Origin: Anaeromyxobacteraceae bacterium
GTDB taxonomy: Bacteria; Myxococcota; Myxococcia; Myxococcales; Anaeromyxobacteraceae
Assembly (NCBI GenBank): GCA_047602405.1
Contig: JASGHJ010000001.1
Span: 96,001-160,000 of the forward strand
Direction: 5' to 3'
DNA length: 64,000 nucleotides
Numbering within the stretch: position 1 is the stretch's first letter; each line of letters begins with the position of its first letter. This document shows positions 10,062 through 18,431 of the stretch, piece after piece. Made by a program: the position numbers and the translations under genes. A model generated the notes under the pieces. That model worked only from the letters and a program-made list of their open reading frames with translations, was not told the origin of the DNA and made no database searches.

Positions 10062-13000
10062 ATGCCCCTCTTCCGTTTCCGCCTTGGCGACGACGGAGAC
10101 TCCCAGCGCAGCCATCTTCCCGACGGCCTCTACGAGGATGTCGTATCGGAGGCGCTCGCCTCCCACCTCGAGACCCTGTCAGAGGCAGCGACGGTCGGCC
10201 GGGCGCCCCTCACTGGCGCTGACGCGATCGACCATCTCTCCGACGCCATCCATCAGGCCGCCCGGATCACCCTAGATTCGATCCAGGGCCAGCACGCCGA
10301 GGCAAAGCGTCTCGCGCTCGCGAACGAGCTGCTTCGCGTCCTCCAGACACACGCGGGCGCCGCGCTTGGAGCTGGCGAGTCCCGCCTTCGGAGCGAACTC
10401 CTCCTCCATGTGGCCCGGCGAGGCGCGCTGGCCGCCGAGGCGAAGCCACCATCACGGCCATCGACGCCCCTCGCCCGGTCGGACCTCTTCGTAAACGCGG
10501 AGAAGGTCGGCGTCGTCTCCGAGATCCGGAGCGAGATCGAGTCGGCCGATCGAATCGACCTGATCGTCGCCTTCATCAAGTGGTCCGGTCTCGTGAAGTT
10601 CCGCGACGACCTGGCCCGGCACTGCCAGCGGGGCCGTCCGCTCCGGATCCTGACCACCACCTACGTCGGCGCCACCGAGGCCCGTGCGGTCGCGGAGCTG
10701 AAGCGCCTCGGCGCCCAGGTGAAGGTCGCCCACGAGGACGTCCCCACCCGCCTCCACGCCAAGGCCTGGCTCTTCCAGCGCAACACGGGGCTCAGCACTG
10801 CCTACGTCGGCTCGTCCAATCTCTCTCGGAGCGCCCTGACAGACGGCATCGAGTGGAACGTCCGGATCGCCGCGGCGGACCTTCCCCACATTGTCGAGAA
10901 GTTTGATGCCGTCTTCCGACGCTACTGGGATGACCCCGCCTCCGGTTTCGCAGACTTCGACGGCTCCGACGAAGCCCTCCAGCGCCTCGAGGAGTCGCTC
11001 CGCCGGGCGCGCGGCCAGGGGAACGGCAGCCCGATGCAGGGATCGGGCATCTACTCTTTCCTCGACGTGCAGCCGCGCGACTTCCAGCGCCATATTCTCT
11101 CCGATCTGGCAGTCGCGCGTTCCCGCGGCAGCACGCGCAACCTGGTCGTCGCCGCCACCGGAACGGGGAAGACCGTCGTGGCTGCGCTCGACTACCGCCG
11201 GCTCCGACGGGAGGGGCTGAATGGCAAGAAGGTGGAGACGCTCCTGTTCGTCGCCCACCGGGACCGCATCCTCCAGCAAAGCCGCGACACCTTCCGAGCC
11301 GTCCTGCGCGAGCCGACTTTCGGGGAGCTCCTCGTGGACGGTCAGCGACCCCAGGGTGACCGTCACGTCTTCGCGTCCATCCAGTCCTTGGGGAGGCGCA
11401 GCGGGGAGCTGGACCCGAGCGCCTTCGACCTGGTGGTCGTGGACGAGGTCCATCACGGCGCGGCGCCGAGCTACACAGCGCTCCTCGAACGACTGAAACC
11501 GACCGTCCTACTTGGCCTCACCGCTACTCCGGAGCGGATGGACGACAAGCCGGGCAAGAGCCTCCAGCTCGACCAGTTCTTCGACCGCCCCTGGGCGTCG
11601 GAGCTGCGCCTCTGGGAGGCGATCGATCGCCAGATCCTCGTCCCCTTCAACTACTTCGCGGTCGACGACGGGACCGACGTGCGGAAGGCTTGGCAGCGCG
11701 GCCGGTACGCGCCGAGCGAGCTGGAGAACGTCTACAGCGCCGACCACGTCTGGGTGGGCAACGTAGCGCGGGCGGTGGACCGGTACGTGAAGGACCCGGG
11801 CGCCATGCGCGCCATCGCCTTTTGCGCCGGCGTCAGCCACGCGCGGCTCGCGGCGCGGGAGCTCGAGGCGAAGCTCAAGGTCCCCTGCGCCGCGGTCACG
11901 GGTGAGGACGACACCGAGGGGCGCCGCCACGTTCTCCAGCGCTTTGAATCGGACCAGCCCGATCGGCCTCGCATCCTCTGTGTCGTCGATCTCCTCAACG
12001 AGGGCGTCGACCTTCCGGGCGCGGACACCCTGCTCCTCATGCGGCCGACGGAGAGCGCCACTGTCTTCATTCAGCAGCTCGGACGCGGACTCCGCCGCAC
12101 GGACGACAAAGACTGCCTCACGGTTCTCGACTTCGTCGGGCACCAGCACGAGGAGTTCCGATTCGAACGGCGCTACGGCCGCTTTCTTGGGCTGAGCCGG
12201 GCGGACCTCCGAACCGGGATCGAGCAGGGCTTCCCTCACCTCCCGGCGGGCTGCTTCCTCCAGTTCGAGGAAAAGCCCAGGGAACAGATCCTTCGAGCCC
12301 TCCGCCGCGTCCTGCGGGTCGACACGGCCGCGTTGGCCTCACGCCTCACCGAGACCGGTGCCGCCGGCCTCGACGCCTTCCTCACAGCGGCAGACCTCAC
12401 GCTCCCCGAGTTCTTTCGCGATGGCCGCACCTGGACCGAGGTTGCGACGGTTGCCGGCAGGTCCGCTGCTCCAGCCGCGCTCGACGATACCGAAGGCGAC
12501 GCGCTCGGCCGTGCCCAACGCCTCGTTCACGTCGATGACCCGTGGCGTCTGGACATCCTAGCGCGCATCGTTCAGTCAGGCACTTTGCCCGCCACCGAGC
12601 GAGACCTTCGAATGGCTCGGATGCTGCTGGTCCAGCTCTACGGGTCCCTCGTGGCATCCGACGCGGATACGGCACTCCAGCTGCTGCGCAGCCACGCCCG
12701 GCTCAAGGCCGAGCTCGCCGAACTGGTCGCCGCGCTCAAGACCATGACCGACGTCATCCCCTCAGCGCCGCCCGCGTCCCTACCGGCCGACGTCCCGCTC
12801 CACCTCCACGCCCGCTACCGGACCGAGGAGATCACCGCCGCGTTCGACCTGCGCAGCAGGGACGGGCACCTCTACACGCCGCAGATGGGTGTGGTGCCGG
12901 CCGGGAAGTACGACCTACTCCTCGTTACCCTCGACAAGGGCGCTAAGAAGAAGCTCCCCCACCTCCAGTATCGCGACTACGCTCTTTCCCCGCGCCTCTT

Positions 13001-13256
13001 CCACTGGCAGAGCCAGGCAAGCACGACGCGGGACTCGACGGCAGGGAAGCGGCACATGGATTCCGCGGTCGTCCCGTTGCTCTTCGTCCGGGAGGCGAGC
13101 AAGGACGACCGCGGGCTGGGGATGCCCTACCGGTTTCTTGGTGCTGCGCGGCGCGTCGAAGAACGCGGGGAGCGGCCGATCAACATCACGTACGAGTTGA
13201 CCGACGGGGAGATTCCGGCGGACTTGTTGGTGGTCGCGAGGGCGGCAGTGGCATAG
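10062..13256 (+). CDS. SauUSI-like PLD nuclease-SF2 helicase-DUF3427 (putative type IV restriction enzyme)
   Basis: LHAKAW...GSSNLS PLD motif, ATGTGKT, DEVHH, LGLTATPER, QQLGRGLR, C-terminal YRDYALS..LFHWQSQ. Confidence 0.85.
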   Translation: MPLFRFRLGDDGDSQRSHLPDGLYEDVVSEALASHLETLSEAATVGRAPLTGADAIDHLSDAIHQAARITLDSIQGQHAEAKRLALANELLRVLQTHAGAALGAGESRLRSELLLHVARRGALAAEAKPPSRPSTPLARSDLFVNAEKVGVVSEIRSEIESADRIDLIVAFIKWSGLVKFRDDLARHCQRGRPLRILTTTYVGATEARAVAELKRLGAQVKVAHEDVPTRLHAKAWLFQRNTGLSTAYVGSSNLSRSALTDGIEWNVRIAAADLPHIVEKFDAVFRRYWDDPASGFADFDGSDEALQRLEESLRRARGQGNGSPMQGSGIYSFLDVQPRDFQRHILSDLAVARSRGSTRNLVVAATGTGKTVVAALDYRRLRREGLNGKKVETLLFVAHRDRILQQSRDTFRAVLREPTFGELLVDGQRPQGDRHVFASIQSLGRRSGELDPSAFDLVVVDEVHHGAAPSYTALLERLKPTVLLGLTATPERMDDKPGKSLQLDQFFDRPWASELRLWEAIDRQILVPFNYFAVDDGTDVRKAWQRGRYAPSELENVYSADHVWVGNVARAVDRYVKDPGAMRAIAFCAGVSHARLAARELEAKLKVPCAAVTGEDDTEGRRHVLQRFESDQPDRPRILCVVDLLNEGVDLPGADTLLLMRPTESATVFIQQLGRGLRRTDDKDCLTVLDFVGHQHEEFRFERRYGRFLGLSRADLRTGIEQGFPHLPAGCFLQFEEKPREQILRALRRVLRVDTAALASRLTETGAAGLDAFLTAADLTLPEFFRDGRTWTEVATVAGRSAAPAALDDTEGDALGRAQRLVHVDDPWRLDILARIVQSGTLPATERDLRMARMLLVQLYGSLVASDADTALQLLRSHARLKAELAELVAALKTMTDVIPSAPPASLPADVPLHLHARYRTEEITAAFDLRSRDGHLYTPQMGVVPAGKYDLLLVTLDKGAKKKLPHLQYRDYALSPRLFHWQSQASTTRDSTAGKRHMDSAVVPLLFVREASKDDRGLGMPYRFLGAARRVEERGERPINITYELTDGEIPADLLVVARAAVA

Positions 13257-13345
13257 GTCTCTTGCCACCGAGTCCACACCAGGGATACTTCACCGTCAGC
13301 GACGGCGATAGTGAGACTCCGCTCCATTCGAAGAAAGGCGTCCTA

Positions 13346-13565
13346 GTGGCCTACAACAAGACGGACCCTGCTATCGAGGAGCTTGGGCTCCTGTTGTGAA
13401 GCGTCGCGAAACGTTGTGTTCGTGGTGGGAGCCGGTCTCTCATCACCAGCAGGGATCCCCGGATGGACGGGTCTCAATGAGACTCTTCTAAGGGAGGCCA
13501 CTTCAGTCATCAACCACGACAGCACCCTGCACCTGCGCAGAGGACATCTGCACTTACAGACCTAG
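13346..13565 (+). pseudogene. SIR2-like protein N-terminal remnant
   Basis: RBS plus GTG at 13346, early frameshift/stop, then NVVFVVGAGLSSPAGIPGW (SIR2 GAGxS loop); stops at 13565. Confidence 0.65.
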
Positions 13566-13694
13566 CGAGCTTCAAGGACCCCTGGCTCTTAGGAGACGAA
13601 CTTGCGCGGATTGTTCCGCGCGACCGCTGTATCGGGTTGTTCGCAAGGAGCTTTCAGCGGGTGGCCTGCTACCAGGCCTACAAAGAGCGAATAG

Positions 13695-14234
13695 CGGGAG
13701 CCGGCCGAGGCGCTCGAGGCAGAGCTCGCCGCCACGAAGGCCCGGACCCTCGGCCGCCTTGGCCTGACCCGCGCGCCGGGTCGGTACGCCGAAGGCCGCT
13801 CCTTCGACTCCGACGAGCGCCTCCGCGAGGATCTGGAGGTCATCGCCAAGGAGCACGGCGCCTCCGTCCTCGTGACCCTCCTCGAGCCGCACGAGACCTC
13901 GAAGCTCGGCCGCATCGACCTCGCCGCCAGGAAGGCCGGCCTGCGCTGGCGCCACTTCCCCATCCCCGACGTCCACATCCCGGCCTCGGTTCCGGACACG
14001 GGCAGGCTGGTCTCCGACCTCCTGCGCGCCCTCGGGAAAGGCGAGACCGTGGTCATCCACTGCTGGGGCGGCCTGGGCCGGACCGGAACCATCGCGGCCT
14101 GCATTCTCGTGGCGGCCGGCTCCAAGCCCGATGAAGCCATCCGCCACGTGCGAGCCGCACGCCCCGGCGCCCTCGAGGTCCCGAGCCAGGAGGCGTTCGT
14201 GAACGAGTTCGCTGCCTGGCAGGGCGCCCGTTGA
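13695..14234 (+). pseudogene. CDKN3-like/dual-specificity protein phosphatase, 5'-truncated
   Basis: HCWGGLGRTG catalytic loop and HFPIPD. The frame continues upstream (GRLGLTRAPGR) to a stop near 13692 with no convincing start. Confidence 0.75.
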
Positions 14235-14348
14235 ACTGGCCTTCCGGGTCCATGCCCACGCTGGACCTACTCCGTTGCCCATCCCCGTCGGCGGACGCCG
14301 CGGGGGCTCTTTCGTGCGGCTATCGGCCGCACCCGGCCGTCCGCGGTC

Positions 14349-15182
14349 ATGATGGGAAGCCCATGTCCGTCCCCCCGTTACCCTGTGCCTTCCTCGGAAC
14401 TCGGAAAGGAGCCTGCCGCCAACTCGACCAACCCGCTGCAGAAGGCCTTCGCTCGCCTCTTCACCCTCGGAACCTGGGCCGCCCACCAGTCCGAGGAGTT
14501 CACGTTCAAGGACGCGGCGTCCGCGCTCCGCTCCGTCCGCCTGGCGGAGTACGACGGCGATCCCGTCAACGTCGACCGCATGTGGTCCCGCGACAAGCGC
14601 CACCTTGCCTCGGCCGGCGTCCCGCTCACGCTCTGCAGCGCCGGCGGCTACCTCCGGGCCGACCCGGTGCGCGTCCGCCGCACCGCCCTCGAGTCGGCCG
14701 CGCTCGTCGCGCGGGGCCGGGAGCTGCCCCTGACCGGCGACGCCCAGCTCGAATCCGGCCTCCGCAAGCTCTGGGTGCTCGGGGCGCCCATCCTCGGAGC
14801 GCTCATGGAGCGCGCCGCCCGGGGCGGCCCCGCGCCTCGCGTCGCTTCGACGCCTCACGCCATCTCGGTCGCCATGCTGCTCCTCGGCGCGCTCGACGTC
14901 GCGGGCCTCGCGGGCCTGACCCTGGACGAGGCCGCCGTTGCCTCGGGCGCGCGCGACGAGGAGGACCTCCGACGGGTCGTCGGGCTGCTCCGCGACCTCG
15001 ACCTCCCCTTCGACCCGCCCGACGACGCCCTGCCGCTCATGGTCGACGAGGAGCACGCAAGCCTGTGCCTCTACCGGCCCACGCGCGTCACTGTCCGGCC
15101 GTCCCTGACGCCGGGAGCGCGACGCCCTCCTGGACGCAGCCGTCCTCGAGTGCGAGGCCGCGCTCGTCGCGGCGTGAGGTGA
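14349..15182 (+). CDS. PafB/PafC-like HTH regulator lacking WYL domains
   Basis: RMWSRDKRHLASAGVPL resembles the PafB HTH; LTLDEAAVASGARDEEDLRRVVGLL resembles the PafC HTH. Confidence 0.55.
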   Translation: MMGSPCPSPRYPVPSSELGKEPAANSTNPLQKAFARLFTLGTWAAHQSEEFTFKDAASALRSVRLAEYDGDPVNVDRMWSRDKRHLASAGVPLTLCSAGGYLRADPVRVRRTALESAALVARGRELPLTGDAQLESGLRKLWVLGAPILGALMERAARGGPAPRVASTPHAISVAMLLLGALDVAGLAGLTLDEAAVASGARDEEDLRRVVGLLRDLDLPFDPPDDALPLMVDEEHASLCLYRPTRVTVRPSLTPGARRPPGRSRPRVRGRARRGVR

Positions 15183-15184
15183 CC

Positions 15185-15499
15185 ATGACCGCACACACGC
15201 TTTCCCATCCTCACCGCAGGGCCTGCCAGGCCGACTACGGCTTCGATCGCTTCCTCGGCTTCTTCGCGACGGTCTTCGTCGGCGGACGCGTGATTGCCGA
15301 GTACGACCGGACGCGGCGCGGCTACGACGACCTCAACGGCGTGCTCAGGTTCCTCGTCCGGCACCGATTCTTCGAGCCGGCGGCGGTGGACGCGGCCATC
15401 GCGCTCGCGATGACCCACGACGACGACGAGCTCCCGCCCGAGGTGCGGCGCGTCGCAGAGGTGATTCACAACCTGCGACGGGGCGCCGACCCCGACTAG
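15185..15499 (+). CDS. hypothetical protein (104 aa)
   Basis: GAGG RBS and ATG immediately after the upstream stop; high-GC3 codons. Confidence 0.7.
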   Translation: MTAHTLSHPHRRACQADYGFDRFLGFFATVFVGGRVIAEYDRTRRGYDDLNGVLRFLVRHRFFEPAAVDAAIALAMTHDDDELPPEVRRVAEVIHNLRRGADPD

Positions 15500-15890
15500 C
15501 CGCACCCGGCCCCACCATGCGGCAGCGGCAGGGAGAGCCGCCCCGGAGGCGCGCCCTCCAACATGCGAGATTCTCGACGCGAGCCCTTCGCATAATCGAC
15601 TCGTCCTTCGAAGCTCCGGCTGCTACTCAATGCTTGCCGTGACCACGCTCGCTCCTCACCGCACGCTCTGCCCCGCGCCGACCCAGGCGCGCGCGGCGAC
15701 GTGCGCCGGTGATGCGACCTGGCTTGGCACCCGCGTCTCGGCGCACTGAAGTCAGCGCCGGGACGCGACACCCGCGCAACAGCTCGGCATCCGGGCCCAG
15801 CCTTGCGGCGGCCGCGAAGCCGCGGCTCCGCCCATCGAGCCTCCGGGCCCGGCTGCATCCCCGCGAACCCTCTCGACCAGGGAGCAGTCC

Positions 15891-16220
15891 ATGTTCGCCG
15901 ACCTGTGGCTCGAGCTCTCGCAGCTCGAGCGCGAGCACCGCCGGCTCGCGATCCGATCGACGGCGGCGACCGTCGTCGCGATCGCCCTGGCGCTCACCGG
16001 GGTGATCGCCTCGGCCTGGGTGGTCGGTGGCGACGAATCGGTCGTCCTCGAGGCGCTCGCGACGGCTCCGCTGCCGGCGTCGATCGCCACCGGCGCACGA
16101 GCCGTGGGGCTGCGCCGCCGGATGCGCGAGCTTCGGCTCAGAGAAGCAACGGTCCGGGCCGCGCTCGCCGACCGGTCGGAACGGATTCACCTCCGCCGCA
16201 CCTTCGCCTCCGCGTCGTAG
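15891..16220 (+). CDS. small two-TM hypothetical membrane protein
   Basis: GGAG RBS; hydrophobic segments; co-oriented with rnk. Confidence 0.6.
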   Translation: MFADLWLELSQLEREHRRLAIRSTAATVVAIALALTGVIASAWVVGGDESVVLEALATAPLPASIATGARAVGLRRRMRELRLREATVRAALADRSERIHLRRTFASAS

Positions 16221-16248
16221 AGCAGCTCCCACCTGAAAGGAGTCACCC

Positions 16249-16644
16249 ATGTCCAGCAGTATCCACGTCGTCCGCTCCGAGCTCGACCGGCTTCGCACAC
16301 TCGTCGAGCTGCACTCCGAGGGTCGCGATGCGGTGGCCGCCGAGCGCCTCGCCGCCGAGCTCGACCGCGCCGTCGTCGTCGACGTTCTCCCCCCGGGGGT
16401 CGTCGCGCTCGGCTCACGTGTCCGCTTCGAGGACGAGCGCTCCCGGGTCGTGCGGGAGGCCCAGCTCGTCTATCCGCGCGACGCCGATGCCTCGGCCGGA
16501 CGCATCTCGGTGCTCGCGCCGATCGGCGCCGCACTGCTCGGCCTGTCGACCGGGGACAGCATCGCCTGGCCGCTCCCCGGCGACCGCGAGGCGCGGATCC
16601 GCATCCTGTCCGTCGAGCCCCCCGCCACCCCGACGGCGGCTTGA
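16249..16644 (+). CDS. rnk: regulator of nucleoside diphosphate kinase (GreA/GreB family)
   Basis: AELDRA, LVYPRDAD...ISVLAPIGAALLGL..GDSIAWPLP; AAGGAG RBS. Confidence 0.9.
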   Translation: MSSSIHVVRSELDRLRTLVELHSEGRDAVAAERLAAELDRAVVVDVLPPGVVALGSRVRFEDERSRVVREAQLVYPRDADASAGRISVLAPIGAALLGLSTGDSIAWPLPGDREARIRILSVEPPATPTAA

Positions 16645-16683
16645 GCCCACCCACAAGGACCCGAGCCTTCCAAGGAGCCAGCG

Positions 16684-18393
16684 ATGCACGAGCTCGACAT
16701 CATCCTCACCTTCGCCGGCGGCCTCGCCGGGGCGCTGTTGCTCGGCTACGTGGCGCACCTGCTGAAGCTGTCGCCCATCGTCGGGTACATCCTCGCCGGG
16801 GTCCTCGTCGGGCCGTTCACGCCGGGCTTCGTCGCAGATCGTGCCGTCGCCGAGCAGTTCGCGGAGATCGGCGTCATCCTGCTCCTCTTCGGCGTCGGCC
16901 TGCGCTTCCACCTGCGCGAGCTCATCGCGGTCTGGCGCGTGGCCCTCCCTGGAGCGCTCATCCAGAGCGCGGCCTCCACGCTGCTCCTGGCCGTGCTCTT
17001 GAGACCGCTGGGGTGGAGCTGGGCCTCGGGGCTCGTGCTCGGGATGGGCATCTCGGTCGCGAGCACCGTCGTCATGGCGCTGGTGCTCGCCGACCGGCAC
17101 GACCTCCACGCGCCCATCGGCCACATCGCGATCGGCTGGACGGTGGTGGAGGACCTCCTCACCGTCGCGCTGATGCTCGTGCTGCCCATCCTCTTCGGCC
17201 CGGGTGGCGCGGAGCAGGGCACCGCGGCGGTCCTCGGCCTCGCGGGCCTCAAGGTGATCGGCCTCGGCGCGAGCGTCGTGGTCCTCGGACGGTGGGTCAT
17301 CCCCTGGGCGCTCGAGCGGATCGAGCGGACGCGCGTGCGCGAGCTCTTCACGCTCGCCGTGCTGGTCGTCGCGGTGGGGATCGCCGTCGGAGCGGCCGAG
17401 GTCTTCGGCGTGTCCATGGCGCTCGGGGCCTTCCTCGCCGGCCTGGCGGTCGGCCGCTCCGAGTTCGCGGCCCGCGCCGCCTCCGACGCCTTGCCGATGC
17501 GCGACGCGTTCGCCGTGCTCTTCTTCGTCTCGGTCGGGATGCTCTTCGACCCGAGGAGCATCGTCCAGGCGCCGCTCCTCACCGCGATCGTCCTCGCCGT
17601 CGTGCTCCTGGGCAAGCCGCTCGCCGCGTTCGCGACGGTCCGGCTCCTGGGCGTGCCGACCGCGACCGCGGCGCCGGTGGGGGCGGCCTTCTCGCAGGTC
17701 GGGGAGTTCAGCTTCATCCTCGGGGCCTTGGCCCGCGAGCTCGGGCTCCTCGGCGACACCGGCTGGAATGCCCTGGTCGCGAGCTCGATCGTCTCCATCT
17801 GCCTCAATCCGGTGATCTACCGCTGGGTCCGCGAGCGTTCGGCGCCACCGCGCCTGACCGGGCCGACGGCCGCCACGCGGGAGGTGGCCCGGCCGGCGGT
17901 GGATCCGCGGCGGTGCATCCTCGTGGGGTTCGGCCCGGTCGGGCGCATCGTCCACCGGCTGCTCGTGGATCGCGGCGCCAAGGTCACCGTCATCGACCTC
18001 AACCTCGACACCGTGCGTCGCCTGAAGGCGGAGGGGCTGACCGTCTTCCATGGCGACGTCCTCCGGCCGGGGACACTCGAGGACGCAGGCATCGCGACGG
18101 CGGGGACCTTCATCCTGAGCGCCGACCTCGAGGATGCGGCCGAGGTCATCCGGCAGGCGCGGCTGCTCAATCCCGAGCTGCGCGTGCTCGCCCGCTGCGC
18201 GCACGTCCGCGATGCGCCAGCGCTCAGGAAGGCGGGAGCGTCCGTGGTCGCCGCCGGAGAGGCGGAGGTCGGAGTGGCGCTCGTGGAGGCGATGACGACC
18301 GACGGGGCGCCCGGCGTCGACGTCGGCGCCGACGAGCGGGCAGCCGTTCGCGCGCGGCTCTATTCCCGGGAGCCGGCCCGGGGGAGCACGTGA
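16684..18393 (+). CDS. CPA2 cation:proton antiporter with TrkA-N domain (YbaL/Kef-like)
   Basis: PIVGYILAG, AEIGVILLLFGVGL, SQVGEFSF, C-terminal ILVGFGPVGR. Confidence 0.9.
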   Translation: MHELDIILTFAGGLAGALLLGYVAHLLKLSPIVGYILAGVLVGPFTPGFVADRAVAEQFAEIGVILLLFGVGLRFHLRELIAVWRVALPGALIQSAASTLLLAVLLRPLGWSWASGLVLGMGISVASTVVMALVLADRHDLHAPIGHIAIGWTVVEDLLTVALMLVLPILFGPGGAEQGTAAVLGLAGLKVIGLGASVVVLGRWVIPWALERIERTRVRELFTLAVLVVAVGIAVGAAEVFGVSMALGAFLAGLAVGRSEFAARAASDALPMRDAFAVLFFVSVGMLFDPRSIVQAPLLTAIVLAVVLLGKPLAAFATVRLLGVPTATAAPVGAAFSQVGEFSFILGALARELGLLGDTGWNALVASSIVSICLNPVIYRWVRERSAPPRLTGPTAATREVARPAVDPRRCILVGFGPVGRIVHRLLVDRGAKVTVIDLNLDTVRRLKAEGLTVFHGDVLRPGTLEDAGIATAGTFILSADLEDAAEVIRQARLLNPELRVLARCAHVRDAPALRKAGASVVAAGEAEVGVALVEAMTTDGAPGVDVGADERAAVRARLYSREPARGST

Positions 18394-18431
18394 TCGATCG
18401 CGCCGGTCGTACCGCGGCGCTATCCTGCGCC

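Noticed and set aside
16641..18431. N-terminal extension of the 1289-aa ORF
   Set aside because: Overlaps the antiporter in another frame; the protein-like part starts at ATG 18432.
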